DNA of 64,000 nucleotides from contig NC_057717.1 of the NCBI RefSeq assembly GCF_004010195.1, forward strand, positions 34,749,298 through 34,813,297, in the 5' to 3' direction. Each line of letters starts with the position of its first letter. Position 1 is the first letter of the stretch. The stretch is from Chiloscyllium plagiosum. Its lineage: Eukaryota. Positions 38,085-50,908 of this stretch are shown here, one piece after another. The position numbers and the translations under genes are program-made. Below the pieces are notes generated by a model that saw only the letters and a program-made list of their open reading frames with translations, did no database searches and was not told the DNA's origin.

Positions 38085-38321
38085 AATTTTGTGAGAATGG
38101 TCAATCGGGGAATCAGGGACACGAAGTTCAAAACTCATGGTCTACCTTTGATGTAGAATGGACATTGTCAGATTTCATTACTGTGGGATTTCGGTTAGAT
38201 AAAGTACTTGGTGAAATCCTGCAATGAGTGAGCTTTACTCTGTGTCTCACCCAGGGTGTATCTGAGCGAGAATATTAACTGCACAAGACACGCTTCCCAG
38301 ACCTGTTAATAATCCAGTTTA

Positions 38322-38570
38322 ACTGTGTGGAGTTTGCACATTCTCCCCGTGTCTGTGTGGGTTTCCTCCGGGTGCTTCGGTTTCCTCCCAGAGTCCAAAG
38401 ATGTGCAGGTTCGGTGAATTGGCCATACTAAATTTCCCGTAGTGTTAGGTGCATTATTCAGGGGGAGATGTAGGGGAATGTGTCTGGGTGAGTTGTTCTT
38501 TGGAGGGCCGGTGTGGACTTGTTGGGCTGAAGGGCCTGTTTTCACACTGTATGGAATCTAATCTAATCTA
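38322..38570 (+). mobile_element. 5'-truncated HE1/V-SINE
   Basis: V domain plus (taatc)n tail. Confidence 0.9.
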
Positions 38571-38693
38571 AACTACACAGATGGAACATAAGAGTAGGAA
38601 ATAATTAATTCAGCGGTTGTGTATTTAACTCAAAACTGGAGGAAAAAAGACTTTATTATTTTTGTTGAATTATTAAATGCAACTTTGAGTTAT

Positions 38694-39085
38694 TTATTGA
38701 CTAAAATTAACAGTGTCCATCAGTGCAAGCGAAATGTTTGCAAAACTCGGTTTACCGTTGGATTTATCAACGGTTCTGTTGATGATCTTCAACGGAATCG
38801 CTTAATGTCCCACTACACAGGAGTAAGAAGCACCGCTGGCCCACTCCTCCACTGTAATGGATAACAGGCTGTACATGAAGGAGGAGGTGTTGTCGCTCTC
38901 CGCCATCACCTCGGTGTTCTTGTAGTTACTGGGATGTACAGGCTTGCCATTGTTTGTCCACTTGACGAAGATCTCTCGGGAGGAGAAACCTCTCACTAAA
39001 CAGGTGAGGGAGAGAAACCTTTCAGCGGAGATTTCTTCTGTTGATGGCAGGAGGACCGACACTGATGGCTCCAGCGGATTAATCA
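38694..39085 (-). pseudogene. IGHM: IgM CH4 + secretory tailpiece exon, premature stop
   Basis: ag|[14 protein letters not shown]...[10 protein letters not shown]...[28 protein letters not shown](G|gtaaa donor for TM at 38756)[19 protein letters not shown]; TAA at 38802-38804; AATAAA at 38693-38698 and 38652-38657. Confidence 0.96.
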
Positions 39086-39544
39086 CTGCAGAATATTTGA
39101 GACAAATATAAATCAAGTATAAAAATCCAGAAACAATATCGCGATGTCACTAAATATTAAAATATGCCATTTTTTACTTTGGGATTTATTCACTTTCATT
39201 TTCTAAAAGGAGCAGAATGGTATCCGTGATATTCAGTAAAATATGTAAAAAGTTTAATGTAAAAGTCGCCTCCATGTTTCCAGCCCACAACGAGGGTATT
39301 CTGGCCATTTGTCATTGCTGATGGTGACGTCACAACCCAGGCTTCTTCCCACTTTATCTGACTTCATCAGAATAGAATATCTTTTGGTCTGTCTCTTTCT
39401 TAATCAGCTACATAGCTATCCTGCCATCACAAGCATCATTAATGCTCCCAACGGTGTTTGCTTATTATCAATCAAAGCCTGCCATTGGTGTAACTGGATC
39501 TGGATTATACATGGGATCCTCTGTGTTTTAATCTCACCGCTCAC

Positions 39545-39851
39545 CTTTGTCCTTGTGGATGGAGTTTCAGCGGAGTGGGTAGATTCTGATGGTACAGCAC
39601 ACATTCAAAAGTAACGCCACTCAACCAGGCTTCAGTAGAAATGTCTAATTTGCTGAACACGCTGTCGGGATTCTGTCCAGGCTGGTCACCAATTTCTATT
39701 TTAAGAGGCTTATTTTCTTGTTTCCAGGTGACGCTGACTCCAGAAGGAAGATTGGACACAACGTAAGTTAACGTTACCGTCGCCTCCAGTAAGACCTGTT
39801 CTCCTGGCAGCTGGAGGATTTTAACTGTGTGATCATGGCACACAGTATCCC
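39545..39851 (-). pseudogene. IGHM: IgM CH3 exon, Cys->Tyr and 3' frameshift
   Basis: ag|..[28 protein letters not shown](Y)[15 protein letters not shown]...[14 protein letters not shown]/shift/SIHKDK|gtgag. Confidence 0.95.
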
Positions 39852-41908
39852 CTATGAAACAGAAATCAAAATCAATGAAAAATGCCTCTTTAGGATGAAA
39901 ACACCAACTCTTCAGGTTATTTCCTCACAAGGTGAAGTTACCACCTTCGAAATGGCAACTTCCGACTATTGCTAAAATGATGCTTACTATTGTTTATGTA
40001 TTTTGATCTGTGAAAGCATTCGTGATTATCTATAACATAGCCTGTGCAATTATTCCTAAAGAATACTGGCTTTGTAACAAGTGAGACGGGTAAAAAAAAG
40101 TAAAATCATCGAATATACCATAATGTAATCTATGAAATTACTTTTCTTTCAGAGTTGGTCTCTCACTTAAGACTATCTATTGATACTTGGGACAAGATTA
40201 ATCTGTATATAATGTGTTCATTTCTATGTCCATGAACGTTCCGTGCAAATGCTGCTGGTCACGCTTGAGTGCCAAATCAGATCCAGAATTTTGGACAAAT
40301 TGTAATTAATCATAATTATTCTCTTTGTCTTCATGCATTTGCAGAGGTTCTAAAGTGTTACAGGAGAGGTGAAAGGCCATGGAAATTCTGTTTATTATAT
40401 TTAATGTGATCAAAAATACTTGGCATTATTGGTGTGAGATCATTATTTAATTTATGACATTATTCCTCGTGGACTGAATTTGTGTAGATCTGAAAACAAG
40501 ACACTGAGTGTAGCACTGGACATCATGAAGGACACGCATCCCCTCAAGTCTTTACCCCCATTCAATGAGGTCATGACTGGGCTGTACATTCACTTTCTTT
40601 ACGAAGCTGCATTTTTTAATTTCTTCATTGAACAAATAAACAAGCAGAAGCATCTAAAATTAATCTACAAACTCGATGGAAATGTGCACAGGTTTTATTC
40701 AGATGTCTACTACTCACTGTGTAAACATCTCCATCCCAAATCAGGCTGAATCAGTATGTCTCGACTTCCTAGTTCATTTATCCCAATTGTAGCATTCCCA
40801 CCAGAATTTATTCTCCTGTCTCACTCACTAATCACGGAGAGCGTCTTAAAGTAGATCAGTGAGAGCACGTTTATCCTAATTAATCAAATGTGAAACCCAC
40901 TTGATCTGTGGTCTGATCCCATAAGTGAAGTTAAAGAGCTCAGTACCAGATATAAAAAAATGTGTCGTACAATGCCCAAGGCTAACAAGTCATTCCTGAG
41001 TAGGGAATGAAGTATTGAACGAATTTTGATTTATTTTCAATAGGGGTCATTGCATATTTTTACCATATCATTTTGAGATTAGAAGATCATAAGATAGAGG
41101 ATCAGAATCAGGCTATTCGGCCAATCAAGTCTTCTCCGCCATTCAATTATGGCTGATATGTTTCACAACCCCATTCTCCTGCCTTCTCCCCGTACTAAGC
41201 AAGAGCCGATCTATCTCTGTCTTGAATACACACAATGGCCTGGGATCCACAGCCCTCTGCAGCAATGGGCTCCATAGTTTCATCATCCTCTGGCAGAAAA
41301 AAATCCCTCCCCATTTTAGTTCCAAATGGTGCTCCCTTGGACTCTGAGACTGTACCCTTGGGTCCTAGTATCAACTACCGGTCAAAATATCTACTCCAAG
41401 TTCTCTCAGTATTTTCTAAGTTTCAATCAGATTCCTCGCAGACACATCTGACCCCAAATTATCCTTGAGGTCACTACCAGACAAGGATTCGGAACTCTGA
41501 ATGCCTCTCCCATGAAAGGCTTTTGCCCGAAACGTCGATTTCGAAGCTCCTTGGATGCTGCCTGAACTGCTGTGCTCTTCCAGCACCACTAATCCAGAAT
41601 CTGGTTTCCAGCATCTGCAGTCATTGTTTTTACCTTTTTTTAATCTCCCAGCATGGTCAGCCAAGAAACTATTTAACAAGACTCACTGTCTATATGTCTT
41701 CAACAGAGAGGAAACATGCTTTTCTGATTAGCTAAAGTATTGAATTTTGAGCAATGCTAATGTGACACTCAAACAGAAATAACAGACACATAGCATGTTG
41801 GGAAATTTGAAGCTGTACCGTGCTGTTTACTAAGCCTGATAAATTTGCGTGTTTGATTAACATCTGAGTTCAGAATGATTTGTAGCTCTCTCGGTATGTG
41901 TCTGTTAC

Positions 41909-42220
41909 CCTGGAGTGTGGTGATGTTTTTACTTTGAATGTTCTCTCCATGGGTGATCTGGCAGGTATCGACTGCGCAGTTGAGCCATTCACTATACGGG
42001 ACCAACAGCCGACTTGTCGCTGAGAAGTTCCTGTTCACCTCACACATGGGAGATGTGAAGAAACTAGAATCCAAAAGTCGGCCATTTTTCAACTAACTCA
42101 CAGAGATTGACTTTGGATGGAAATCGATGATTGAACAGACGACGGTTGCAAACCTGCTGCTTGCGATTCCTTCACTGGGTCTCATAGTTAGGAGAAGAGT
42201 TTGAGGGAGAATATCTGGAC
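41909..42220 (-). pseudogene. IGHM: IgM CH2 exon, conserved Trp->TAG
   Basis: ag|[11 protein letters not shown]...[23 protein letters not shown]...[14 protein letters not shown]...TCQITH...KNITTLQ|gtaac; stop at 42093-42095. Confidence 0.95.
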
Positions 42221-42329
42221 CTTTCGGAAACACATATGTAAATTACCTGACGAGTTTGATAACAAATGCAATCAGTTTTTATATATATATCAAAGTCTCT
42301 TGTGGTTAATGGATACTAACCCCGAGATG

Positions 42330-45180
42330 AACAGAATCATAATTGTGCAGTGTGCTGGAGAAGCTGGGATGCACACAGAAAGATCAGCAGGACAACGTGA
42401 AGGGCTAAAATTAGAAGACACAGCAAGGGATTCAAGGAGGCATAGAAATATTAGGCTGGTTAAATCAGAAGGGAGATAGCAACGTTGGATGGTATTGGTT
42501 TTAATGAAAGAGCTTGATGAACAAGACAGATGAATTAACGGCATAAATGAGGAAATGGTGTAGTTGCTATAACGGAGACATGTTGAGAGAGGGGCAGGAG
42601 TTACTATTCAATATTCCAGGATTTAGTATCGTCAGGCGAGACAGGAAAAAATGGAAAAGGATGGGTGGGAGGGGGTGTGTGATCGGGAATGTCGGTTCTG
42701 TCGTAATTCTGGCAGGAGTATTTTCAGCTGGAAAGAGAAATGAAATGATGGATACCTCCTCGAATGAAGGCAAATGGCCAGTACTTCAAAACCGAAATAC
42801 AGCAAACATAACTAGTGGGAAAGTACGACAGATCTTACTGTAGGTCCAAAAGGCTGACAAGTGCAGATACATGGCAAATTTCAGAGAAACGTAAATTAAA
42901 TAGGGGAATGAGAAAGGAGGATTTTAACTTCCTCAGTGTAGGATTGGATATTCATTTTGTCAACCATTTAGAGGCAGCAGAAATCTGAAAATGCCCTAGG
43001 AGAATACGTTCACAGAGTTTGTGTTTAATACAGAGAATTTTAATCCAGACCTTGCAAGACGGGGATGAATCTAGACTTAAACTTAGGTGATAAAGTCGAC
43101 CTAGTGGGTAAAACACCAATGGTGGAGAACTTGGCAGACAGCGATCATAAATCTGTTGGAGTCCAGATTGTTCTGGAAAGGGATAGAAATGTGCCCAAAG
43201 TTCTGAAAGGGGAAGGACAATGTTAATAAGGTCAGGTAATGATTTGACCAGAATTGACTGGAAGCTGACACTTGGTGATAAATCTAAGTCAGAGCAGTGG
43301 GACGCATTTCAGAAAAGAAAAGAAAAGGCACAGAGAAGACATTTCCCATGAAGCCACAGCGTGGAACCAAGAATGCAGCGAGCCTTGAACATAAAAGGGC
43401 ATGGAGGGTGAGATAAAGAGAAACAAGGGAGGCTTCAGGTCTATCCTGAAATCCCAAAACAATAGAAACTACAATGAAGTACAGAACGTGCAAGGGGGTG
43501 TTTGCAAGAAAGAGGAATTTGGAGAGCAAAAGGAACCATGAGAAAGTAATAGCAGTCAAAATAAAGGAATATGTTTTTAAAAGTTACAGGCTCATTCATA
43601 AAAGAATAATTCGGGAAACAGTAATACCCACAAGTGTTATTATTGGCGTGGAGTCAGATGATTAGGTTGCGGTCGAAACAAATGTGTTGTGTCAGTGTTC
43701 ACTACTAAGAGGGACAATGTGGGGACAGAAATCATGAAGGAGTGTTGTGATGTACTTTCAGAAATTAGGACAGATGATGTGATGTTCTGTGTTGTGTTGC
43801 TGGATCAAAAGTGGTTATATTTCCAGGGCAGATGAAATGTATAACAAGCTGTTGAGTGATGCAAAGGATGAAATAGTTGGGTCGCTGACAATAATTTAGA
43901 ATTACTGTCTGGCCACAGGAGATGTGCCAAGTGAGTGTAGATCAGCCAACGTTGCACTGTTATGCAAGACAAAGGAAGGGATATACAATGAAACGACAGA
44001 TCTGTCAAGCTCGTCTCAGTGATAGAGAAACTATTTGAACTATTGAGGAGTGGAATCAGTCTTCATTTGGAAGATCACTCAACAGTTTTCAGCGTGGTTT
44101 TATTGAGAGGAAGTCATGTCTTAACAATTTGATGGTAGTTTTCAAAGAGATACCTCAATGTCCAGATGATAGCAATAATCAGAGCCAGTAGGATCCGAGT
44201 TAATTTGACAAAATGGATCCAGAATTGGCTGAGTGGTGGGGAGAAGGGGATAATGGTCTTAGTGTGTCTACGTGACTGGAAATCTATGTCTTGTAGTGTT
44301 CTGCAGGGATCAGTGTTGATTTCCTTGCTATTTCTTTTATATATCAATGATTAAGGCGAGAATGTAGGAGGGTTTACCAGCAAGTTCACAGATGAAAGGA
44401 AAATTGTCACAGATGAAAGCAAAATCATGACCATGATAGCTTTAGATTGCAGGAGGATATACAAGGGTTACTTATATGTGAAGAGAAGTTGCAAATGGAA
44501 ATCATTCTCGATAAGTGCAAGGTGATGTAATTCGGCAGAAGAAACTATGAGGTATTACATTTTGAGGGTCTTTGGTGTACATGCCCACCAGTCCCCTACA
44601 GTACTGTGTTGGCTGGATAAAGAGGTTAAGTAGGTCTGCAGGATATTTGTTTTGATTAGCCGAGACATTGACAATGAAGAGTAGGGAGATGATACTGGAA
44701 CTTAATAAAACACTGGTTAGGCCATACTGAAGCATTGTGTGCATGTTTTCGAAGGAATGTGATTTTACTGAAGGCAGCATTGATGAGATTTGCCAGGATT
44801 TTTCCTGGGTTGGAGGGTTTTAGTTATGAAACTAGATTAGATAGATGGGGATTTTCCTTGGAGCAGAGGAGAATTGGGGAGAAGATGATTGTGATGTCCA
44901 TGCCTAAAATAATTCCAGACAGGGTAAACTGTACAAAACCTTTCCCCTTTAGGGAGAAATCAATGGTTCAGGGGCACAAGGTGAAGGTAAGGCCAGGCGG
45001 TTTAGGGTGGATCTCAGGGGAAAACAAAATCAAACAGAGGGTCGTGTGAGTCTGGAGCTCAGTGCCGACAAGTCATGTAGAGACTGAGCGCCTCATAACA
45101 TGCATGAAGTATTTAGATGGATACTTGCAAAGGCAAGTCACACAAGGCAATGGGTCAAGTGCTGGCACATGAAACTGGAA
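42330..45180 (+). mobile_element. Old, heavily degraded CR1 LINE in the CH1-CH2 intron
   Basis: Residual GDFNF, KWIQNWLSG, VLQGSVL, RFARIFPGLEGFSYE motifs. Confidence 0.8.
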
Positions 45181-45185
45181 TAGTT

Positions 45186-45502
45186 AGATTAGATTAGATT
45201 ACTTACAGAGTGGAAACAGGCCCTTCGGTCCAGCAAGTGCACACCAACCCTCGAAAGAGCAACGCAACCAGACCCATTCCCCTACATTTACTCCTTCACC
45301 GAACACGGGCAATTTAGCATGGCCAATTCACTTAACCTGCTCATTTTTGGACTGTGCGAGGAAACTGGAGCACCCGGAGGAAACCCACGCAGACACGGGG
45401 TAATGTGCAAACTCCGCACAGACAGTTGCCCAAGGCAGGAATTGAACCCAGGTCTCTGGCGCTGTGAGGCAGCAGTGCTAACCACTGTGCCACCGTGCCG
45501 CC
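45186..45502 (-). mobile_element. HE1/V-SINE
   Basis: Reverse complement of the 27189-type SINE with (attag)n tail. Confidence 0.92.
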
Positions 45503-45652
45503 TATGGTGGCTGTTATTTATAGGCGTGGACTGGATGAACCAAAGAGCCTTTCCCTGTGCTCTATAAATGATTCTGTGAAAAATGTTATAAATAATGCCT
45601 TATTCATGTTAATCACAGATGTTCTGTTTATCTCAGTTCCCACAACACTTAC

Positions 45653-45945
45653 CTGTACATGACATTTCTTTGCTCTTGTGTGACCCGCTGTGTTGAACCT
45701 CACAGTAGATTTTGCTGGGGCAAGCTACTGCTGACGCGGGCAGGGTTAACTGGCTGCTCTGGGTGTAGGTTCCCTTCTTGTTTCTCACTGATGTCTTCAA
45801 TCCAGTCGTGATTAGCTCCCCACCATTCTTCCAGGTTACCTTCCAGGGGAATAGTCCATCGCTAAATAACCAAAGATCACAGAACCGGTGCTGTGGTCCT
45901 GACAGGAGGAGACCAGGCCATAATGCATGGGGGGAGACGATGTCC
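45653..45945 (-). pseudogene. IGHM: IgM CH1 exon, frameshift and Cys->Tyr
   Basis: ag|.[25 protein letters not shown](Y)LAMDYSP/shift ~45843/[32 protein letters not shown]...[19 protein letters not shown]|gtaagt. Confidence 0.95.
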
Positions 45946-46852
45946 CTAGGATAGAATGACCAATTGAACACATTAGTTCCTGTTAATTTGACCTTATCAG
46001 TTACTCAAATGTTTCCTCAGCTGTAAACGTTTGGCAGTATGCTCCTGCTGAAGTCTACAGTATAACTGGCGGTTATTTTTGTTTCTTACCAGTCGCTGAT
46101 CATGATCGATTATTTCCCTCTTCAGAAACATCCCGTCTACCTTGACCATTACCATACAATTTAGGAAGAAGAACATCCTTATCACACCACCAGTAATTGT
46201 TTGAAAATCTCATCAACTGACACTTTCACTGGATTGCAAGTGAAGAGCATAGAGGTTTCACAAAATACAAACTAAGGAAATGCCGCCCCACTATGCACCA
46301 TGCTGCTGGAAATCAGAAACAAAAACAGAAATTGCTGGAAAAATCCAACAGCTGGCAGTATCTCTGGACAGAAATCAGAGTGAACAGTTCAGATCCAGTG
46401 AACCTTCCTCATTTATCAACACAAGTCAGAATGTTCTCTCTGGAAGGAAGGTCACGGCAGCAGCAGCAACACAGGCAGGAGCTGGGCACTGGGACTGGGA
46501 GGATGGCTGTCACAACTGACCTCATGCCAATTGGCTGGAAGTTGAAACTTCGAATTTATAATTATCTTAATTCTGGAGGCCTCTGAAAAATGGAGGACCA
46601 TTAAGGTTCAGAAACCTTGAGCTCACTATGTACTTAAATATGATTTGAGAAACTAACAAGTACTCTTTAACTTTAATAACTATCAAACTGACACGAAGTT
46701 CACCACCAAAACTCTCATCTCTCAGACTAACCACTCCCTCTTTGTCTCGACCTAAATTTTCACCGACATTGACAAACCTTACCCTGTTACTCACCCATTC
46801 ATGCCCGGAGGACACCACCCCTATCACAAGAAACACATCCAAGGCAATCCAT

Positions 46853-47548
46853 ATTGGTAGTGTAGATGAGCAGAGAGATCCTGGTGTCCGTGTACATAGA
46901 TCCCGAAAAGTTGTCAGTCAGGTTGATAGGGTTGTTTGAGTTGGCTTTCATTGGTAGAAGGACTGAGTTTCAAAACCATGAAGTCATGCTGCAGCTGTAC
47001 AAATCTCTGATGTGGCCGCAATTGGAGTCTTGTGTACACTTCTGGTCACCACATTATAGGAAGAATGTGGAAGCTTTGGAAAGAGTTCAGAGGAGGTTTA
47101 CCAAGATGTTACCTGGTATGGCGGGAAGGTTTTATGAGAAAAGGATTAGCGACTTGTGGCTGTTTTTGTTTGAGAGGAGAAGGCTGAGAGGTGACTTAAT
47201 CGAGACATATAAGATTTTCAGAGGGTTAGATGGAGTGGACAGCGAGGCCCTTTTTCCTTGGATGATGATGTCTAGCAGGAGAGGACATAACTTTAAATTG
47301 AGGGCTGATGCATAGAGGACAGATGTCAGAAGTTGTTTCTTCACTCAGAGTAGTAGGGATGTGGAATGCACTGCCTGAAACATTAGTTTCCTCACCAACC
47401 TTAAGGGCATTTAAAATGTCATTGGATAAACATATGGATGAAAATGGAATAGGGCAGGATCGATAGGTTTCAGCTTGGTTCCACAGGGCGGCACAACATC
47501 CAGGGCCGAAGTGCCTATACTGCACTGGAACATTCTATGTTCTATATT
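46853..47548 (+). mobile_element. CR1 LINE 3' fragment
   Basis: LERVQRRFTKMLPG, RRRLRGDLIETYK; ttctatgttcta tail. Confidence 0.92.
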
Positions 47549-47789
47549 CCAGGTAGACATATAATCTCAATTCCTTTCACACAATTCTACTCCTGCCACC
47601 CTGCACCTGGTTCATGTTTAATCTGGCCCTGACTGGACCTGGCACCATCATTTTCATAACTTCTGACAGAACCCCACTCCCCCAGACATGACCTCGGCTC
47701 TTGATCACTGACCTCTCATCTTACCCAAGTCAACCTGTGCACTTTGCATTCTAGTTCTTTTCGCATCTGTCCTTTACCACCTGCCATTT

Positions 47790-48381
47790 CTCACACTCAC
47801 AACCCCCAACCCAGACAGATACACAGACAGACAAAGACCCACATGCACACATATATTTTGTGGGGTGATTTTGTACTTGCAGGGTTCCATTTTACTTTGC
47901 TCAAAAAACTGCATGCATTCATGTAGAACTCTGAGCTCAAACACTGCATGAATTCATGTAAATCTCTCTTATCTCACTTTTTAGATTAGAATCAATCTAA
48001 ACATCATGGCAGAGACAGAGAACATAGGGGGCTAACATTTTCAACATATTGTCTAGTTATCACCATTGTTAACAGCAAACCCGAGAATGCAACATTTTAA
48101 AAAAAAGGTTTTGTGATTTACACATGAAAGAAGTGAAATTATCACTGTATTCTAACAAGGTTTAACATACAATCAATTTTTCAATGTATAATTTCAGTTA
48201 CATCACACTGTAAATGTTTGCTATAAATTCTGTGTTAGGATTGAGCCCTCCACTACCACCTGATGAAGGAGTGTCGCTCAGAAAGCTAGTGTGCTTCCAA
48301 TGAAACCTATTGGACTATAACTTGGTGTTGTGTGATTTTTAACTTTGTACACCCCAGTCCAACACCGGCATCTCCAAATCA
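47790..48381 (+). mobile_element. Penelope-like terminal repeat (solo) with hammerhead-like motif at ~48257-48292
   Basis: Highly similar to 34203-34606 and 7500-8020. Confidence 0.85.
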
Positions 48382-49264
48382 TTTCTTAAAGGGGACAGAG
48401 ACCCCATTCAATCTTTATCTAACAGTTCCGTGTTGATGGAGAAAACTTGCTTGATTTCCTGCAAGCTGTTCAAGTCCCGGGATTAGTATTCTTATCTTTT
48501 CATAGTTTCGGGTGAGATATTGCGCTGGGGAGTGGTGAGTCCACAGTTTGATGAATGACTGAATGAAATGCGGAAGGAGTAAATATGGAGCGATTGTGAT
48601 TGGGTTGGCAAATAAAGGACCTGAATATAAAAATAAAGAAACTTACAGTACAATATCTCACAAAACCATAGAATAAGATGTTTGAAGGTGATTGACTCTG
48701 CATCAGTAAAGACAGGCCAGCTAGCCCACAGAGACATTGGAAATGATTAACTGATATGGGTGAGCAGGGCAGAACCTCAGCAGATCACAGGATATTCAGG
48801 GACAAAGGTTACAAGATAAACAAGTGATCACATCAGCGAACAGACACCGTGTGTTTGAATTTGACTGTTAGATATGTAATACACAGTGACCTGATGGACT
48901 CAAAATGCTGAGTTAATTGGATTATTAATTTGATGTAATTAATTTACAGACCTGATGGAATTATCTTTCTCGTCAACTGATTTACAGACCTGATGAAATC
49001 ATCACCCAGTTGATTGTCTTGTGGACTTTATATGATCAACTGCACAAGAACAGTTAGCTTGCAGCCTGACATAACTTTGATGTCAGAAAGGGTAAGATTG
49101 GTATTGTGCAGGTGTTTGACAGAGAGAGCTCGATTGTCCTGTGTGATGGTCTTGAGTTCCTCTCCTGGCTGTAATCGATTCCCGCTGGAATACACTGCTG
49201 CTCCTGCTGAATTGCCCAGGCCTTCAGAGTCTTCTTGCCTCAGAGACAGCGGTCACTCCTACTA

Positions 49265-50880
49265 TCTGGATTACTACCAGTGCCGTGTCCCAGTAGGAGT
49301 AGGAACAGAAGGGTAGAGCAGATGAATGCGCGGCTGAGGAGCTGGTATTGGGGAGAAGGATTCATATTTTGAATCCTTGGAATCTCTTCTGGGTTAACTT
49401 TCCAAAGCAGAGACTGGGACTACCATAGTGTTAAGGACTTGCTTGGTGAGGAATTTGTTAAGTGTGTACAAGCAAATGTTCTGATTCAGTGTGTGGATGT
49501 ACTTACTAAAGAAGGAGCAAAACTTGACCTACTCTTTGGATATAAAGCAGGGCAGGTGACTGAGGTATCAGTGGGGGAGCATTTCAGGGCCAGTGACCCT
49601 AATTCTATTAGATTTAAAATAGTGATGGAAAAAAGACAGAGCAGGTCTAAAAGTAAAAGATTTTAATTTAGAGGAGGCCAGTTTTGATGATATTAGGCAA
49701 AAACTTTCAGAAGTTGATTGGAGGTGGGTATTCGCAAGTAACGGACGGCTCGAAAGTTGGAAACCTTCAAAAATGAGATAGTGAGAGTCCAGAGACAGTA
49801 TGTTCCTGTTAGGGTGAAGGGCAAGGCTGGTCGGTGTAGGGAAAGATAGATGACCCGAGAAAATGAGGTTTTGTTCAAGAATAAAAAGGAAGCATATGTC
49901 AGGTGTAGACGGCAGGGATTGGCAGAATCTCAAGAAGAGTATAAAGGCAGGAGAAGTATACATAAGAGAGAAAACAGGAAGGTAAAAATTGGACATGAGA
50001 TAGCTTTGGCAAATAGGGTTAAGCAGAATCCAAAGGAATTTTACAAATACATTAAAGACAAAAGGGTAAATATGGAGAGAATATGGCCCCTGAATGATCA
50101 ACAAGACCACCTGTGGAACTGCAGGAGATGTGGGAGATACTAAGCACGCATTTCCCAACAGTGTTTCTTGTGAAGAAGGATATGGAAGCGAGAGAACTTG
50201 TGGAAATAAATATCTGTAATAAGAGCATCTTCAAAATGTCCATATTACAGAGGAAGAGGTGCTGGATATCTTTAAACATAAAAAAGGTTTATATATCCCC
50301 AGGACCTGTCCATGTGTACCCTAGAGCTCTGTGAGAAGCTCGGGAAATGATTACTGGGCCGCTTGCTGAGATATTTATATCATCAATAGTCACTGAAAAG
50401 GTGTCTGAAGACTGGAGGTTGGCGAACGTGGTGTCATTGTTTAAGAAATGTGGGAATGAGAAGTCAGGGAACCATAGATCGGTGAGCCTGACATCGGTGG
50501 TGGGCAAAATGTTGAGGGGAGATCCTGAGGATTTACATAAATTTGGAAGGGAAAGGACTCAATTGAGTTTGACTATATGGTGGGAAATCATGTTTCGTCA
50601 AACGAATTGAGTTTTTTTAAAGAAGAAATGAAGAGGATTGACGAAGACAGAGTGGTGAATGTGATCTATATGTCCTTCAGAAAGGCGTAAAACAAAGTTC
50701 TGCATGGTCAATTGTTTAGCAACATGAGGTCACGTGGAATACAAGGAGAATACTAGCCAGTTTGATATAGAAGGTCGAAGACAGAGGGTGGTGATCGAAA
50801 ATTGCTTTACAGACTGGGGACCTGTGACGATCGGTGTGATACGTTGATTGGTGCTGGGTCCACCTCTTTTCATCAATTAT
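49265..50880 (+). mobile_element. Degraded CR1 LINE (ORF1 esterase end to RT); 3' part probably resumes at 54225-54864
   Basis: GLLPVP.. ORF1 motif, GAKLDLL, EDWRLANVVSLFKK, RSVSLTSVVGK. Confidence 0.85.
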
Positions 50881-50908
50881 GTATCTCCCTCATTGAAATG
50901 TCAGGCTT

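Noticed and set aside
35219-45945. IgNAR or IgW identity for the Ig gene
   Set aside because: Four C domains, and the motifs Gx[19 protein letters not shown], [16 protein letters not shown] and [16 protein letters not shown] match shark mu as I recall it, not NAR or IgW.
39545-45945. G->A lesions (two Cys->Tyr, one Trp->stop) as a germline AID footprint
   Set aside because: Only three events, and just one lies in a GYW context.
48845-48909. Heptamer-like CACCGTG...CACAGTG pair as RSS around a D or J segment
   Set aside because: No acceptable nonamer at 12 or 22/23 spacing, and no WGxG or J splice donor.
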